This document shows positions 12,201 to 24,200 of a stretch of DNA of 64,000 nt, piece after piece (within the stretch, counting starts at the first letter, position 1; each line of letters opens with the position of its first letter). The notes below the pieces were generated by a model. That model made no database searches and was not told the DNA's origin. It was given only the letters and a program-made list of their open reading frames with translations. Location of the stretch: the NCBI RefSeq assembly GCF_009834535.1, contig NC_045707.1, forward strand, positions 8,060,001-8,124,000, read 5' to 3'. A program made the translations under genes and the position numbers. Source of the stretch: Camelus ferus. Taxonomy: Eukaryota.

Positions 12201-15200
12201 AGGAGTGTCTGGGAAGTCCCTGTGGTTATGCAATCATGTGTATAATAAATACGTAATATCAGACATGTAGTATTATATGTACTGTTCTATCATTACGTCT
12301 CCATAATTGCTGTCATGGAACCTTTATTCAGAAGATGCTTGAATGCTTTTGAGACAATGTCAGCTCAGATTGAAGAAAATGACCTCTTCCTGGCTGGCCC
12401 GTGTTATGAGCATATGCCATTCCCCTTAATGTGTGAATGAGACCTTCTGAACCTAAACAAAACTCTCAGGGTCCAGAAAAATAATTTTTAGTAGTTTGGT
12501 TTGTCAGTGTAATCCTAGAATGTATCCAATTTTGATTTTAAAAATTAGGGTACTTTCTATCACAGGAAAGGAAATTTTTTTTTTTTGTCTTCAGATGGGG
12601 CTCAAGTGTACAGAACTAGATTAGGTATAGCCCTCAGTTTATGACACGGTCATCATAGGTTTGTGCCTGACCCTTTAATTAATTTTCACCTTTGTTTTCC
12701 GTATTAACCACACACTGGGCAGCAGGGGGCTCACTGCCGGCTTGAGGCTTGTACGTCAGCAGGAGCTCATGCTGCCCATGTGCGCCCCACTCTGCTCCTG
12801 CCGCCAGCGCCAGAGGGAGCCCCGGCACTGAGCTGTCTGGAGCACCATCTGAAGACAAAAAGGAGAGATTTTGCTTTTTTCAAATGTAAGTCCATTTATC
12901 TGTGGTTCCTTCTTCCCCTTCAGAGTCTAGAGCCTCTCCCAGCCAGTGGACCTGAGTTTGGAGGATTAGGAGAAGAAGCTGAGTTTGTTGAAGTTGAACC
13001 TGAAGCCAAACAGGAAATTCTTGAGAACAAGGATGTGAGTATCCTGTGGAGGCTCTGTTTTGTTGTGGCTGGAAACACTTGCGCCGCAGGCCTCAGGCCG
13101 CAGGGAAACGGGAACCTGTGGTGGCGCCTGTATCAAAGACAGGTTTGCAGCCAGCTGCATTTTATAAGGACTGGTGGCTTAGAAAATAGTTTCTGATTTT
13201 CAGAGAAATAGTTTTTCCTCGGTGATTATTTAAGTGAGAAGTTTAAACAAATTTTTGTATTTATGTTTTAAAAAAACACCATTTCAAAGAGACTCAAATT
13301 GTGCTTAAGTTTATACTTTGTTCTCTGCTCCCAGACAAAAGACCCTGGGTCTTGAATGAAACTTTTTAAAAAACTTTGTAGCCTTTGAAATGGAATACAG
13401 TTGAAGAAATGGCAGGACATTTTCATTAATTGTTTAATTAAGACCTTCTCACCTGTGAGTCCTGCATTTCCCTGACACCACGATCCCTCCACGATGTCTC
13501 TGTAACTCACTGCCATCTGCTGGACGATGCACTTTGCCTGTTTCTACTTCCTTTAGAATATAAGCTCCACTGAGACAGGACTGTTTATGTTTTGCTCACT
13601 GCTGTGTTCTCAGTGCTTAGAACAGCACTCGGCTCACAGGTGATCAGTGCATTTCTGTTGAGTGAATTGGTTAAGCAGACACTTGTAGATGAAGATGACA
13701 GATGCGGGCTCTTGAGCCAGCATTAACCATGCCAGACGCAAACCCACCCAGGATCTCTGGCCAGATACACACGGTTACAAGTCATCCAGGGACCAGGGCT
13801 TGGGGAGCCTATGGGAAGGACGTGGAGGGGACCTCTGCACCCTCCGGGGTTTAGGGCTGACCTACAGAGACCTTGCAGGCCTCGTTCACAGGAAGTACAG
13901 ACCTCACGAAGGGTAAGCTCCCGGGACCAGTTTTTTGAAAAGGCATGGAATTAAGAAGTATGGATCGTTAAACGTGAACACAAATCTCTGAAATTAATTT
14001 TAGACATTTGTCTTTAGCCTCAGTGCCTAATCTCTCCTGCCTTGTACTTAATAATCTGTGTCCCCTTGTCACATGTAGGTGGTTGTTCAACACGTTCATT
14101 TTGATGGACTTGGAAGAACTAAAGATGACATCATCATGTGTGAAATCGGAGATGTTTTTAAGGCTAAAAACCTCATTGAGGCAAGTGCCCTCTCTGCTTG
14201 GCCTTCTTTCTTGTTTCCTTCTGAAGATCCTGGGAGTGTCTGTCTGCTCACTGAGTACCCCCCCCCCCAGCCTCTCTGCTGATGACTTTGCCCTGCTCCC
14301 CTGAAGGGAGCTGAACCCCCTCACTTCCCAGATGCCTCCCACGAGCTTAGATGTGTTTGCCTTAGATGTGTCACCCTTACCCTGGAGAAGGAGGTGTCCT
14401 CTTTTCCAGGCTGGCCCCTCCTTGTGCTTTTCCCAGCCACCCAGCGTCGTCCTGGGCGCTGACGGTGTTGAGCGCTGACTCCTTCCCCGGCACCCTCAGC
14501 GCTCTGGTGCACTGCCCTTCGGGGCCCTGAGCTGCCCAGGGGGGCGGGCTCTTGATAGTTACCCTCTCCCGCCGTCTCCTCGGGCCCTTACGCCGCTGTC
14601 CACCAGTGTCTTTCCTGGGCTGCACCGTCTTCGTCTCCTCCATGGGTTCCTTCTGCCCTTGGAACCACGTCTGCGTGCCTGGGCAGTGTCACTGGCAGCT
14701 GCCTTGTGCCCAGGTCCAGCTGGCTCCTCTCACTCCCCGATTTACTTGGCCTTTGTGGTTTTTTTTGGAAGATTAAAGTAACCTTTCATTAAGTCATCTT
14801 TTGACTAAAGTAACTGCTCACAGGTCTGGTCTCAGTGATGCTCTCTTCTTAGGGCTCAGCCGCCTGGCACCACGTGCTAAGCCTCCAGTCCGGCCTTACA
14901 GCCACCGTTTATGTTTCTGTATCTCAGAGAACTACATCCTCTGTTTTTCTCTCTCTTCCAGGTAATGAGGAAATCTCACGAAGCCCGTGAAAAACTGCTC
15001 CGTCTGGGGATATTCCGACAAGTGGATGTTTTGATTGATACGTGTCAAGGTCCGTATTGTGGTGTAGTTTGTCTTTGATTTGCCTCTCCCTCCCTCCGTC
15101 CTCCAGGGACACAGAAGCTGTTTGTGTGGCCAGACATAGAAAGCTCCTGTGGTCTCAAGAAAGAAACTGAATTTTTGTGTCAGGCCAAGGGAGGACGGGT

Positions 15201-18200
15201 GAGTTTGAAGATATCGTTGCCTGAGCACCCCTGGCTGGTACCAGGATTCCAGGAAGGACCCCGAAGGAGAGAGCCAGGCTTTCTTTGGCAAACCCCCCAC
15301 TAAGGTGTCCGAAAGGGCCCATGGGCAGACTCCACCTACATGTGTGTTTTAAAAGGAGGTGGGCATAGGAGTCAGATTTCACTTTTTGTTTTTATTCATT
15401 TGGTCTCAATTTAGTGTTTATTCTTTCATTCCTGAGACCTGCTGTGGGGAGAGACAGCAGCAGACAAGGCATTGTCTCCTCCTGAAGGAGCTTCTGGTCA
15501 AGTGGGGCAGGGCGGGGGGACAGCACGTGGTGAGATGTCGTGCCACCGGGGGTGGGGGGCACTCAGCGTCTCTTGAGGTGGGGTGGAGGGACGGGGGATC
15601 AGAGAAGGTGTCCTGGAAGGGGCGATCCATGGCTGGGACCTGGAAGGTGGGTCTGTGTTCGTTTGGGGAGCAGGGCTGGTGGTGAGGGGAGGGATGGAAA
15701 CGTTCCAGAGAGAGAGAGGGTTTAATAGGCCCAGTGGCCAGAGAGAGACAGCGTCATTGGATGGACCACAAGTGCCTTCTAGCCCCAGAGAGCAGATGTG
15801 GGGATGAGTGTGATGGAAGAAAAGGCACTAGTGATGGGGAGACCAGGTCGTGAAGGCAGGTGGGTGGTGGTGGACTTTATTCTGGATTGAGTAGACACCC
15901 ACTGAAAAGTACACGTTGGAACGAATCAGTGAACAAGCGAACTCTTGAGGATTGAGTGGAGGATAACTTTGAAGAGATGTAAATGAAACAGTGTATGAAA
16001 ATGCTTGTAAAAATACAAAACGCTGTGTAAATGGAAGATTTTTACTATTTGAAATATTGACTCATCTGTGACTAGCAGAGACCCCAGACAACAGAGGCCT
16101 GGGCTAGAGGGAAGTCTCTTTTGGTGACAGTTGGGAAGCCACCTGGGGCTGGTGTGTTTTTCCCCCGGTGCTGGGCACTTACCGTCTCTAGAGTCCCCTG
16201 GTCGCTGTGAAGGCAGAGGACCCGTCCAGCATCCACGTTCCCCATCCCAGCCTCAGGGAGGAGGAGAGGAGGGTGAAAGGGCACACTGCTCTCTTTAAGC
16301 ACCTGTCCCCGGTGCTCTACACAGCACTCCCCTCTCATCCCATCGGCCAAGACCCACGTGGCCAAGGGAGGCTGGGAAATAAAGTCTGTGAGGCCATGTA
16401 CCCAGCTAAGTCTCGAGGATGCAATTACGAGTAGAACTGTGGTCCTCAGAGCGTGGTCCCGGACCAGCAGCTCAGCTCTCACCTGGGGACCTGGCAGAAA
16501 CGCACATTCCGCTGAAGCGGAAGCTTTGGGGCTGGGGCCGGCAGGCTGCCACGACGAGCCGGGCTGCTGCCTGTGGTGGTGCCAGTACCGCAGACGCCCT
16601 GGGACGGTGCCGGGGGACCGCCGGTTATCTCTGCATCCTCAGAGTGACGGCGGCAGTAACCGTCGTGCCTGTGCTGAGCTCTGCGCGTGATTCCGTTGGG
16701 TCCTCATGCAGACCTGGTCAAGTGTCATGGTTATTCTTCTGGAAGAAGTGTTTTTCAGCTAGGGAAAGAGGCTCAGAGAGGTTTAAGCAACACGCCGCTG
16801 GTCAGACGAGTGACTGAGTGGCCCTGTCCCTTCCCCGGAGTGCTCTCTTGGTGGCGAGTCTTGGGTGGCACGTAGTTAGCGCTCTCCGGTCTGTTGTAAG
16901 TGTGACGGGTCCACTTCTGCGAGCGGCCCTCCACCCTGGCTGCACGTGAGAACTACCCGAGAGCTTTCACAAGGAATGGTTCAGGACAGTGCAGGTGTTC
17001 TGTGTGACACTGTAGTGGAGAGCGCTCGACATCATCCGTGCGTCAGACGCTGCGGATGCGCAGCACCAGGAGCGGCCTCAGTGCGGTCGCCCTGGAGTTA
17101 ATGATGTGCCACATTGGGGCAAACATGCCACACTAGTGCAAGGTGTTGCTGAGAGGAGGGATGTGTGTGAGGGTGTGGGGAGGGCGTACATGGAAACTGT
17201 GGGACTAGCTCTGTGCTTTCAGCTCCGTTTTTCTATAAACCTAAAACCGCTCTAAACGATAAAGCCTACTAATTAAAAAAAAGATAGTGCCAAGGCTCCA
17301 CCCTGACCAACTGAGTCTGGGTACTTGGGAGCCCGTGCCTGAGCGCCTGCGAGTCTGACAGCTCCCAGGTGCGGCTCATGTCCAGCCCCCACCTTTCTGT
17401 GAGAGGCGCTCAGCCCTGTGCCCCAGGGCCCGCAGCAGGGAGGAGGCACCCCAAGGCCCCCACACTCCCAGCTTGAGGAAGGATAAAACCACTTGCTTCT
17501 GACACCTGTATCGAGTTTGTTGCTTCTCCGTCAGGGTTACTGGACCCCCTCTTGTCACATGAATTCCTCGTTTTAATGTCATTTGAATTGAGGCCCCAAA
17601 TAATCTCAAGGACCACACTAGTAGGGAACACGTACCTTTAGCAAATAATACGTGTTTTAAATAATCCACTTCTGGTTACTCCTTGCAGCTGCGTCTGACT
17701 GTTTGGTATCATTGACCACAAACCAGACACGGGTTTTTGGTGTGGAAATGTGGTGTGATTTTATGTGGGCGTGTTACTGAGCTTTAAAATAGAGCGTGTT
17801 TCCCACAGGAGGTTGTAAAGTAAGACGAGGCTTCAGTTTGCATTTTGTCATTTCTAGTGGTGGGGCCGAATATGTAACTACACATTCTAGCTGTCTTTAT
17901 TGTTTAATATTTTCAACTTAATAGGCGATGATGCGCTTCCAAATGGGTTAGACGTTACCTTTGAAGTGACGGAGTTAAGGAGGTTGACGGGCAGCTACAA
18001 CACCATGGTCGGGAACAACGAAGGCAGCATGGTACGGTCCAGCTCCTCTCCTGCCCGACAGTGCAGCTTCCACTTGTGAGCTTGTCAAACACGACTGTGC
18101 TCCAAAAACCGGCGGTGCTTCCAGAGCTCCTTCATGCCCCTTAATCTTTGTTAGTAGGACATCCCGTAGTTCTCGGGACTCTTCCTGGAGCTGATTATAA

Positions 18201-21200
18201 CATGCTTCGCTATAAACGTGGGTGGTTCAGGCCTGATTCGAGGCTATGAGATGTACTAGTTTCTTGTTTAGGTTCCCCTAAGCCCCAAACCCATGCAGTT
18301 GATTTCTCTGAGCTTCACAGCTGGCAGGTTTAGCCTGCTCTCCAGTCCATCAGGTGTGTGCGCTCAGTGAAGGCGCGCTTTAAAGAGTGAAGCTGCAGGT
18401 GAAAGCAGGTCCTGGTCTGTGTTCTTGTCCTGTTTCTTGAGTCCCTGAGCTAGCACAGTTCTTTCTTAGAAGTTATCGTTCCTTCCGTTTAAACCACTGC
18501 CGTTTTTCCTTTCCTCCCAGGTCCTTGGCCTCAAACTCCCTAATCTTCTAGGCCGTGCAGAAAAGGTGACTTTTCAGTTTTCCTATGGAACCAAAGAAAC
18601 TTCGTACGGCCTGTCCTTCTTCAAACCGCAGCCCGGAAACTTCGAAAGAAAGTAGGCAGCCATGCAGCTCATTGAGTTCAGTGGCCTGGTTTAAAAGTTA
18701 AAGTAGATGTCTTGTTTGTGAAAAGAAACTTGGCAGAATCAGGTGACGCTTGTATAGTGTCACAGCAGTGCTGTAGATTTCCTCGTGAAGATGAGCCCCA
18801 GAAGTGTGTTTAAATCTGTTGATTTAAATGTGTGCAGGTTACAATCACCGCTCCAGCTTTTCAAGCTCTGTCCCCTTGTCTCCTAGTTTCTCTGTGAACT
18901 TGTATAAAGTGACTGGGCAGTTCCCTTGGAGCTCACTCCGGGAGACAGACAGAGGGATATCCGCCGAGTACAGCGTAAGTGGCTTTGCAGTCATTCCGTG
19001 CGTGCACTTGAGCGAGAACGAAGAGCCCATTTAACTGATTCCCAAAGACAGAAGGAGGGGCCGGGCTGGGAGCGCACAGACTTGGCTGGTCGGATGCTTG
19101 GAGCTGCAGGCACGGTTGCCGGGTCACCCTCTGCTCTCCGTCCTCCTGTCAGCGGTCCCCGCTGGGCGCCTCTTCACTGGCCAAGGGCACATTGCCAGGG
19201 CCGGAGAGTGACTAACCTCCACCGTGGCAGCTCCTCTGACCCGGTCGGATTTCTTCCCTGCTCCTGACTTCCTGTAACGCCACCTGTTTGCCCTTCCTCG
19301 TCTGTGCTAAGATCGATCGCTGCAGGTAGCCATTGAAGGTTACTTTAGGTTACCGAACGCTTTCAGTGTTGGTTTACGCCTAAGTTTCCTTCTAGCAGGA
19401 TGAGACGCATGGAATTACTATCACTTGACCACTTTTAGGCTTTATGGTGAACCCTGCTCTTTTTGCCTTCCTTTCTGCATTCATCCCTGCTCCCTCTCCT
19501 GTTCTAGGCTTTAGTTAATGAGGAAAGACCTTGAGACACAATGCCGTATAAAAGTAAGCTCCCAAGTGTGGTCTCCAGACCGGCAGCCTTGGCCTCACCT
19601 GCAGATTCCTGACTCTGCCTGACCTGCTGAATCAGCATCTCCAGGAATGGGGGCAGGAGAGTGTTTCTGCCCGATCCTCCTCCCCTCCCAGTGATTCTGG
19701 TCTGAGAGCCCCGAGTGCCTGCCTGGGCCTGCCTCCCGCTGTGTGCTCGGCGCCCTCTGGGCCCTTGAGACACTACAGCCACTCACCCTGCGCACCCTCG
19801 CAGCCCAAAGTCACGAAAGCTCCGAGCGCTCTGAGGTAGCCCAGGAGGACACAGCTCAGGCACAGGCACGTGTGCCCACTGTCACCTCACCGTGTGCCAC
19901 CCTTCCCTGTGTGCAGGGAGTAGCCCTCAGACCCTCCGCCCTGTGCAGGGGTGCGGACACCAGCACCTGGCGGACGTTCTCTTCAGCCCCGCCGTGCCGC
20001 AGCTCACAGTGGCCACCAGCAGGGTGGGCGGTTTCTCCCCAGCTCTCTCCCCCGTGTCCCTTTTACCTCTGTCTCCTAAGCCATTTTTAAAGAGCAGACG
20101 CTAGCAGAGTAGAAACACCTCGTTTGTCCACACAGCATAGAGATGAGAGACGTCAGGAGTGCTGGGATAGGCCCGGGGCGGGGGGCAAGGGGCCAGCCCT
20201 GCTGTGAGAGCAGAGGTGCTGGAGGAAGGGACTGCATCCTTCTCACCTGTGTCCTTGGTGTCTGCACAAAGTAGGGGCTGACTGTGCAAGCAAAGTGGTG
20301 CCGCCTGGTCCCTGCCTCATCCTCCTGGTGGGAATCCAGAGATGTAGAATGTGTCTGCTCTGAGAACAGGGTTTCTCTTGTTAAGAGGCGCCTTATAGGA
20401 AAGGAAGAGGTAATTTAGGTCAGCTCTGCCCCCTCCGTGGGCATCTGGGAGAATAGCTGAACCTCTGGTGGCCCTCAGGGCAGAGATGGCAGGTGCACAG
20501 GGCTGCTTTCCCACCATCTGCTTCCCCGGGGCCCGGCTCGGAGCCTTGTGGGGGCCTGACAGGTAATCGTGCTGAGATGAGTGCCCCCAGGTTCTCACCC
20601 TGAAAGCCAGCTGGGGGGTCTGGGCCGTCAGTTCTCTTGCAGGCCTGAGGGCTATAGAACATGCCCAGCGTGGGGCTCACTCAGGAGACTGTGACATGCC
20701 CTGGCTCCCTTGTAAGAGTTGCATCACGCTTGTGCTTCCTGAGACACCAGATAATGTCGTTCACTGTTCAAAAGCAACCTGGTCCTTTCTCTGAGATGGA
20801 AATCTAAGATGGGCTGGCCTGTTCTCGGGGGGAGGGTTCAGGCCAGGAGGCAGGTCCCACTTGCCCGGACCCAGAGCCACTTGCTTCAGGCCTCTGCCTG
20901 CGGAAGGAAGCTCGTCACTCGGCCGTAACCTTGTCTTACTGCCCTTTTCCGGGAGCTGATGTGGGGCATGTGGGCCACCCAGCCTGGCGGCAGACAACCA
21001 GGTGGGGCCTGTGTCGGGTGAGCTCAGAGACGGGAGAGACAGCGGGTCTGCGAGGGGTTGCGTGCCCCTTTCAGACCAGTGGCCCCATCTCCTGGCCCCC
21101 TGCCGCGCAGCTTCCCTCTGATCCCAGCTGACCCCGCCTTTCTCCCGCCTCCCCGCCTGCCTCCCTCCGTCCCCCCCTTCCCCAATTCCCTCTTCTCTTC

Positions 21201-24200
21201 CTCTCTCCCGGCCATCACTGAAACAAATGTGTCTTAGGCTTCGGGTCAGTTAGAAATTTAATCACACCCCGCCCCGAGACCTGACTTGGGACGACCCCCG
21301 CCTGCATGGCCGCCAAGGCTGACGGTCTCCATGTGCCCTTGCAGCTCCCCGTGTGGAGGACCAGCCACACCGTCAAGTGGGAGGGCGTGTGGCGCGAGCT
21401 GGGCTGCCTCTCCAGGACGGCGGCGTTCGCTGTCCGCAAGGAGAGCGGGCACTCGCTGAAGTCGTCGCTCTCGGTAAGGGCTCCCGCCCCGGGAGGTGCA
21501 TAGCTCCTGCCGCATGCGGGAGACTGGTCTCCGCCGACACCGGGAGGGACTGAGAGGTGTCACGGCTTGGGCGGCCAACGCGGTGCCTCCTGGTCACTTT
21601 GTGAATTTCCAGACGCGACCTCGTGTCACTTTTCCTGAGTAACATCATGGTAGCGGGAAACGATGTGATAAGAGCTGGCTTTGGCGTTCTAGCTGAAAGC
21701 TGGCTGAGCTGACTCGGGTCGGGTGTCGCGCTCCCTGAGTGAACAAACCGGGTGTCGGGGGCGGCGTCTCCCTCCTAACGGACGTGAATTGTTTCTCCCA
21801 CTCTCAGTTCCCTCGCTCACAACGCAGGGTTTTCGTCAAGAGTTTGAGAGTGCTTAGCAAGCGCTAGGCTAGAGTTAGTGCCCAGGGAGCATCTGTTGTT
21901 ATTATATAGTCCTGTCTGAAGTGCAAATACCTCCAAGTCCAAATTTCTTTCAGCACGCAATGGTCATCGACTCTCGGAACTCCTCCATCCTACCAAGAAG
22001 AGGCGCTTTGCTGAAAGTTAACCAGGTAGTGATCCTTCGCCCGTGCCCACCGCAGGCCTGGCGGCCCTGGAGGGATGGGGCGTCACACACAGTAGTCTTG
22101 TTTTAACACTGAACGTTTTCCTTTAATTGTAAAAATCTCTCTAGAATGGCTTGCAAAGGTGTGCGTCCACTCTCCGGGTTCCCAGCCCTGGAATTGCTCC
22201 CTGTAGCTCGGGCTTTGCCTTCGCAGAGCACAGAGTGGGGATAGGGCTCTGGCCTCTGTGACGGTGTCGCTCGGTAGGCCGGGAGGAAAGTTAGGAGTTG
22301 GTGTGAGTGATTCCTTTGGTTCCCCTTGAAGAACAGCTCAAGGCAGGCACTGTAGCCCCTGTGCCTGCAGGCCCGGCAGGTGACCTCGGGGGGAGAAGCC
22401 GGCCATGGGGAGGGGGGCACTGATTGCTCTGTTGGCTGGATCCTCAGCTTCAGAGGACCAGCTCGAAATCAGATTTTCATATGAAATATGCCAAAGTGTA
22501 AAAGGTTGGCTAATTTTTTTCCCAAACACTGATTAGGCCAAACAAGCCGTGGCATCCTTTGCAAGCTCTGTAATAAAATGTTGGTCTTGCCAGTGTATTT
22601 CTCTCACATATAATAAGGAATAACTGTCTGCAGTTACTTGATGAGTTTGATGACTCTGTGTCTCTGTCAGTCCCCTGGTACCATCTAGAACAACTCGTAT
22701 TTAGTTTCTCGGAGATGGAAGTAGTCTGTTGCCTTTCCCAAAATCCAAAACAGCAAAACTGAGTCCTAATTGCAGTGACATTTAGTAACCTCTGTAGTGA
22801 GTCTGTTTGCTCCATTTGACCTGAGGATTCTTCCCACAGGAGCTGGCAGGCTACACTGGAGGGGACGTGAGCTTCCTAAAAGAGGACTTTGAGCTTCAGT
22901 TGAATAAACAACTCATATTTGATTCGGTGAGTATTTAGCCAGAATACAGTCACCTGTGTTTATGCCCCTCGTTTTTGGAATCTTATTGGAAGGTCTCAGT
23001 TCTTGAATATGCCAGCACTAAACAGGAAGTCGGAACACTAATGCTTGAAACTGAAGTGCTCGATCTTTTAACCTCAGCCAGAATTGAGGATCCTCTGGGG
23101 AGAAGTGATGATTAGTCTCTTTAAGCGTCGTCTGTCAGTCGTCTGACGCAGTGCCACGGCAGAGCCCCTTCCCCATTTATCAGCTCAGGTCCGTCAAGAG
23201 AATGTGTCTGGGGGACTGAGGGGGCCACCTGCTTTACCTCCCGATGCTGCTTCCCTGGAAGCTCGGAGTCTGCATCTTACTGCGCTAGGTCTTCAGGGCT
23301 CTGGGTACTTCCAGGAATGTCTTCGTTTAATCTTTTTAACCCAGTTTGGTTTAGTTCCTTCTAATTCCCTCAGGACATGAGGAGGAGGTGGCTGGGTTCT
23401 GACTGGGGCAGTGGGGCCCCGGCCTGGGAGACATGGTGCTTCTTCTCCAGTCTTCCCAGCACCGCTCTCCACACCCCTGCTGCTGCCTGTGCCCTTAGCT
23501 ACCTTAAAGTAGGGGGTGCCGGGGGAGGGTACAGCGCAGTCACGGAGCGCGTGCTTAGCGTGCATGAGGTCCTGGGTTCAATCCCCAGTGCCTCCATTAA
23601 AATAAGTAAACAAACCCGCCGTCCCCCATTAAATCAACCAACCAACTAATCAATCAATCAATCAATCTGCTCTTAAAAAAACAAAACAAACTCTGGGGAG
23701 GAGTGAGTTTTAATGAAATGGTACACACGTATAATTTAAAAGTCCCCTGTCACTGCTTCCAGTCAGTCCTGGACTTGGTGCACTGTGAGTTCGGTTCCTG
23801 CCTTTCCCCTCCGCTGCTCTTCCGGAGGCTGCCAGGGGCCTCTCTCTGGTCCCCTTCTGTGCCTCCTGCACTGCACTGACCCCCTCGTCATTCGACTCCG
23901 TTATTACTGCCTTCTCCTTCCACACTTGTTTCTCCTTCTCAGCCTTCTTTTCCTCCCACCCCTCCATCCTTCCCTCCTTGCAGGTGTACAAGCTGCCAGG
24001 CACTGGGCACTAAGAATGCCTCAGTAAATAAAACACAGTTCCTGCTCTTACGTTCTGGTGAAGGGTGACCCGCAAGCAATAGATCTATATGTAGCTTAGC
24101 AGGTGGTGATAAGTGATGTGATGAACAGCACAGCAGAGTAAAGGGCTAGAGAGGGACCAGAAGGGGTGCATCTTAGCTGAGACAGTCAGGGGAGGCATCT

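Noticed and set aside
12719-12732. CTCF-like motif gcagcagggggctc before SAMM50 exon 2
   Set aside because: A partial match (about 12/14) in GC-rich DNA is expected by chance and cannot be supported without ChIP data.
22639-22762. C/D-box snoRNA-like layout in SAMM50 intron 9 (two TGATGA, then CTGA 77 nt before the 3' splice site)
   Set aside because: The C boxes lack the 5' purine, there is no terminal stem, and no obvious rRNA guide. A snoscan or Infernal search would be needed to revive it.
23521-23600. tRNA-like A/B boxes
   Set aside because: This is a SINE head with a SINE body and tail and no cloverleaf acceptor stem, so it is not a tRNA gene. The same applies to 42500-42580.
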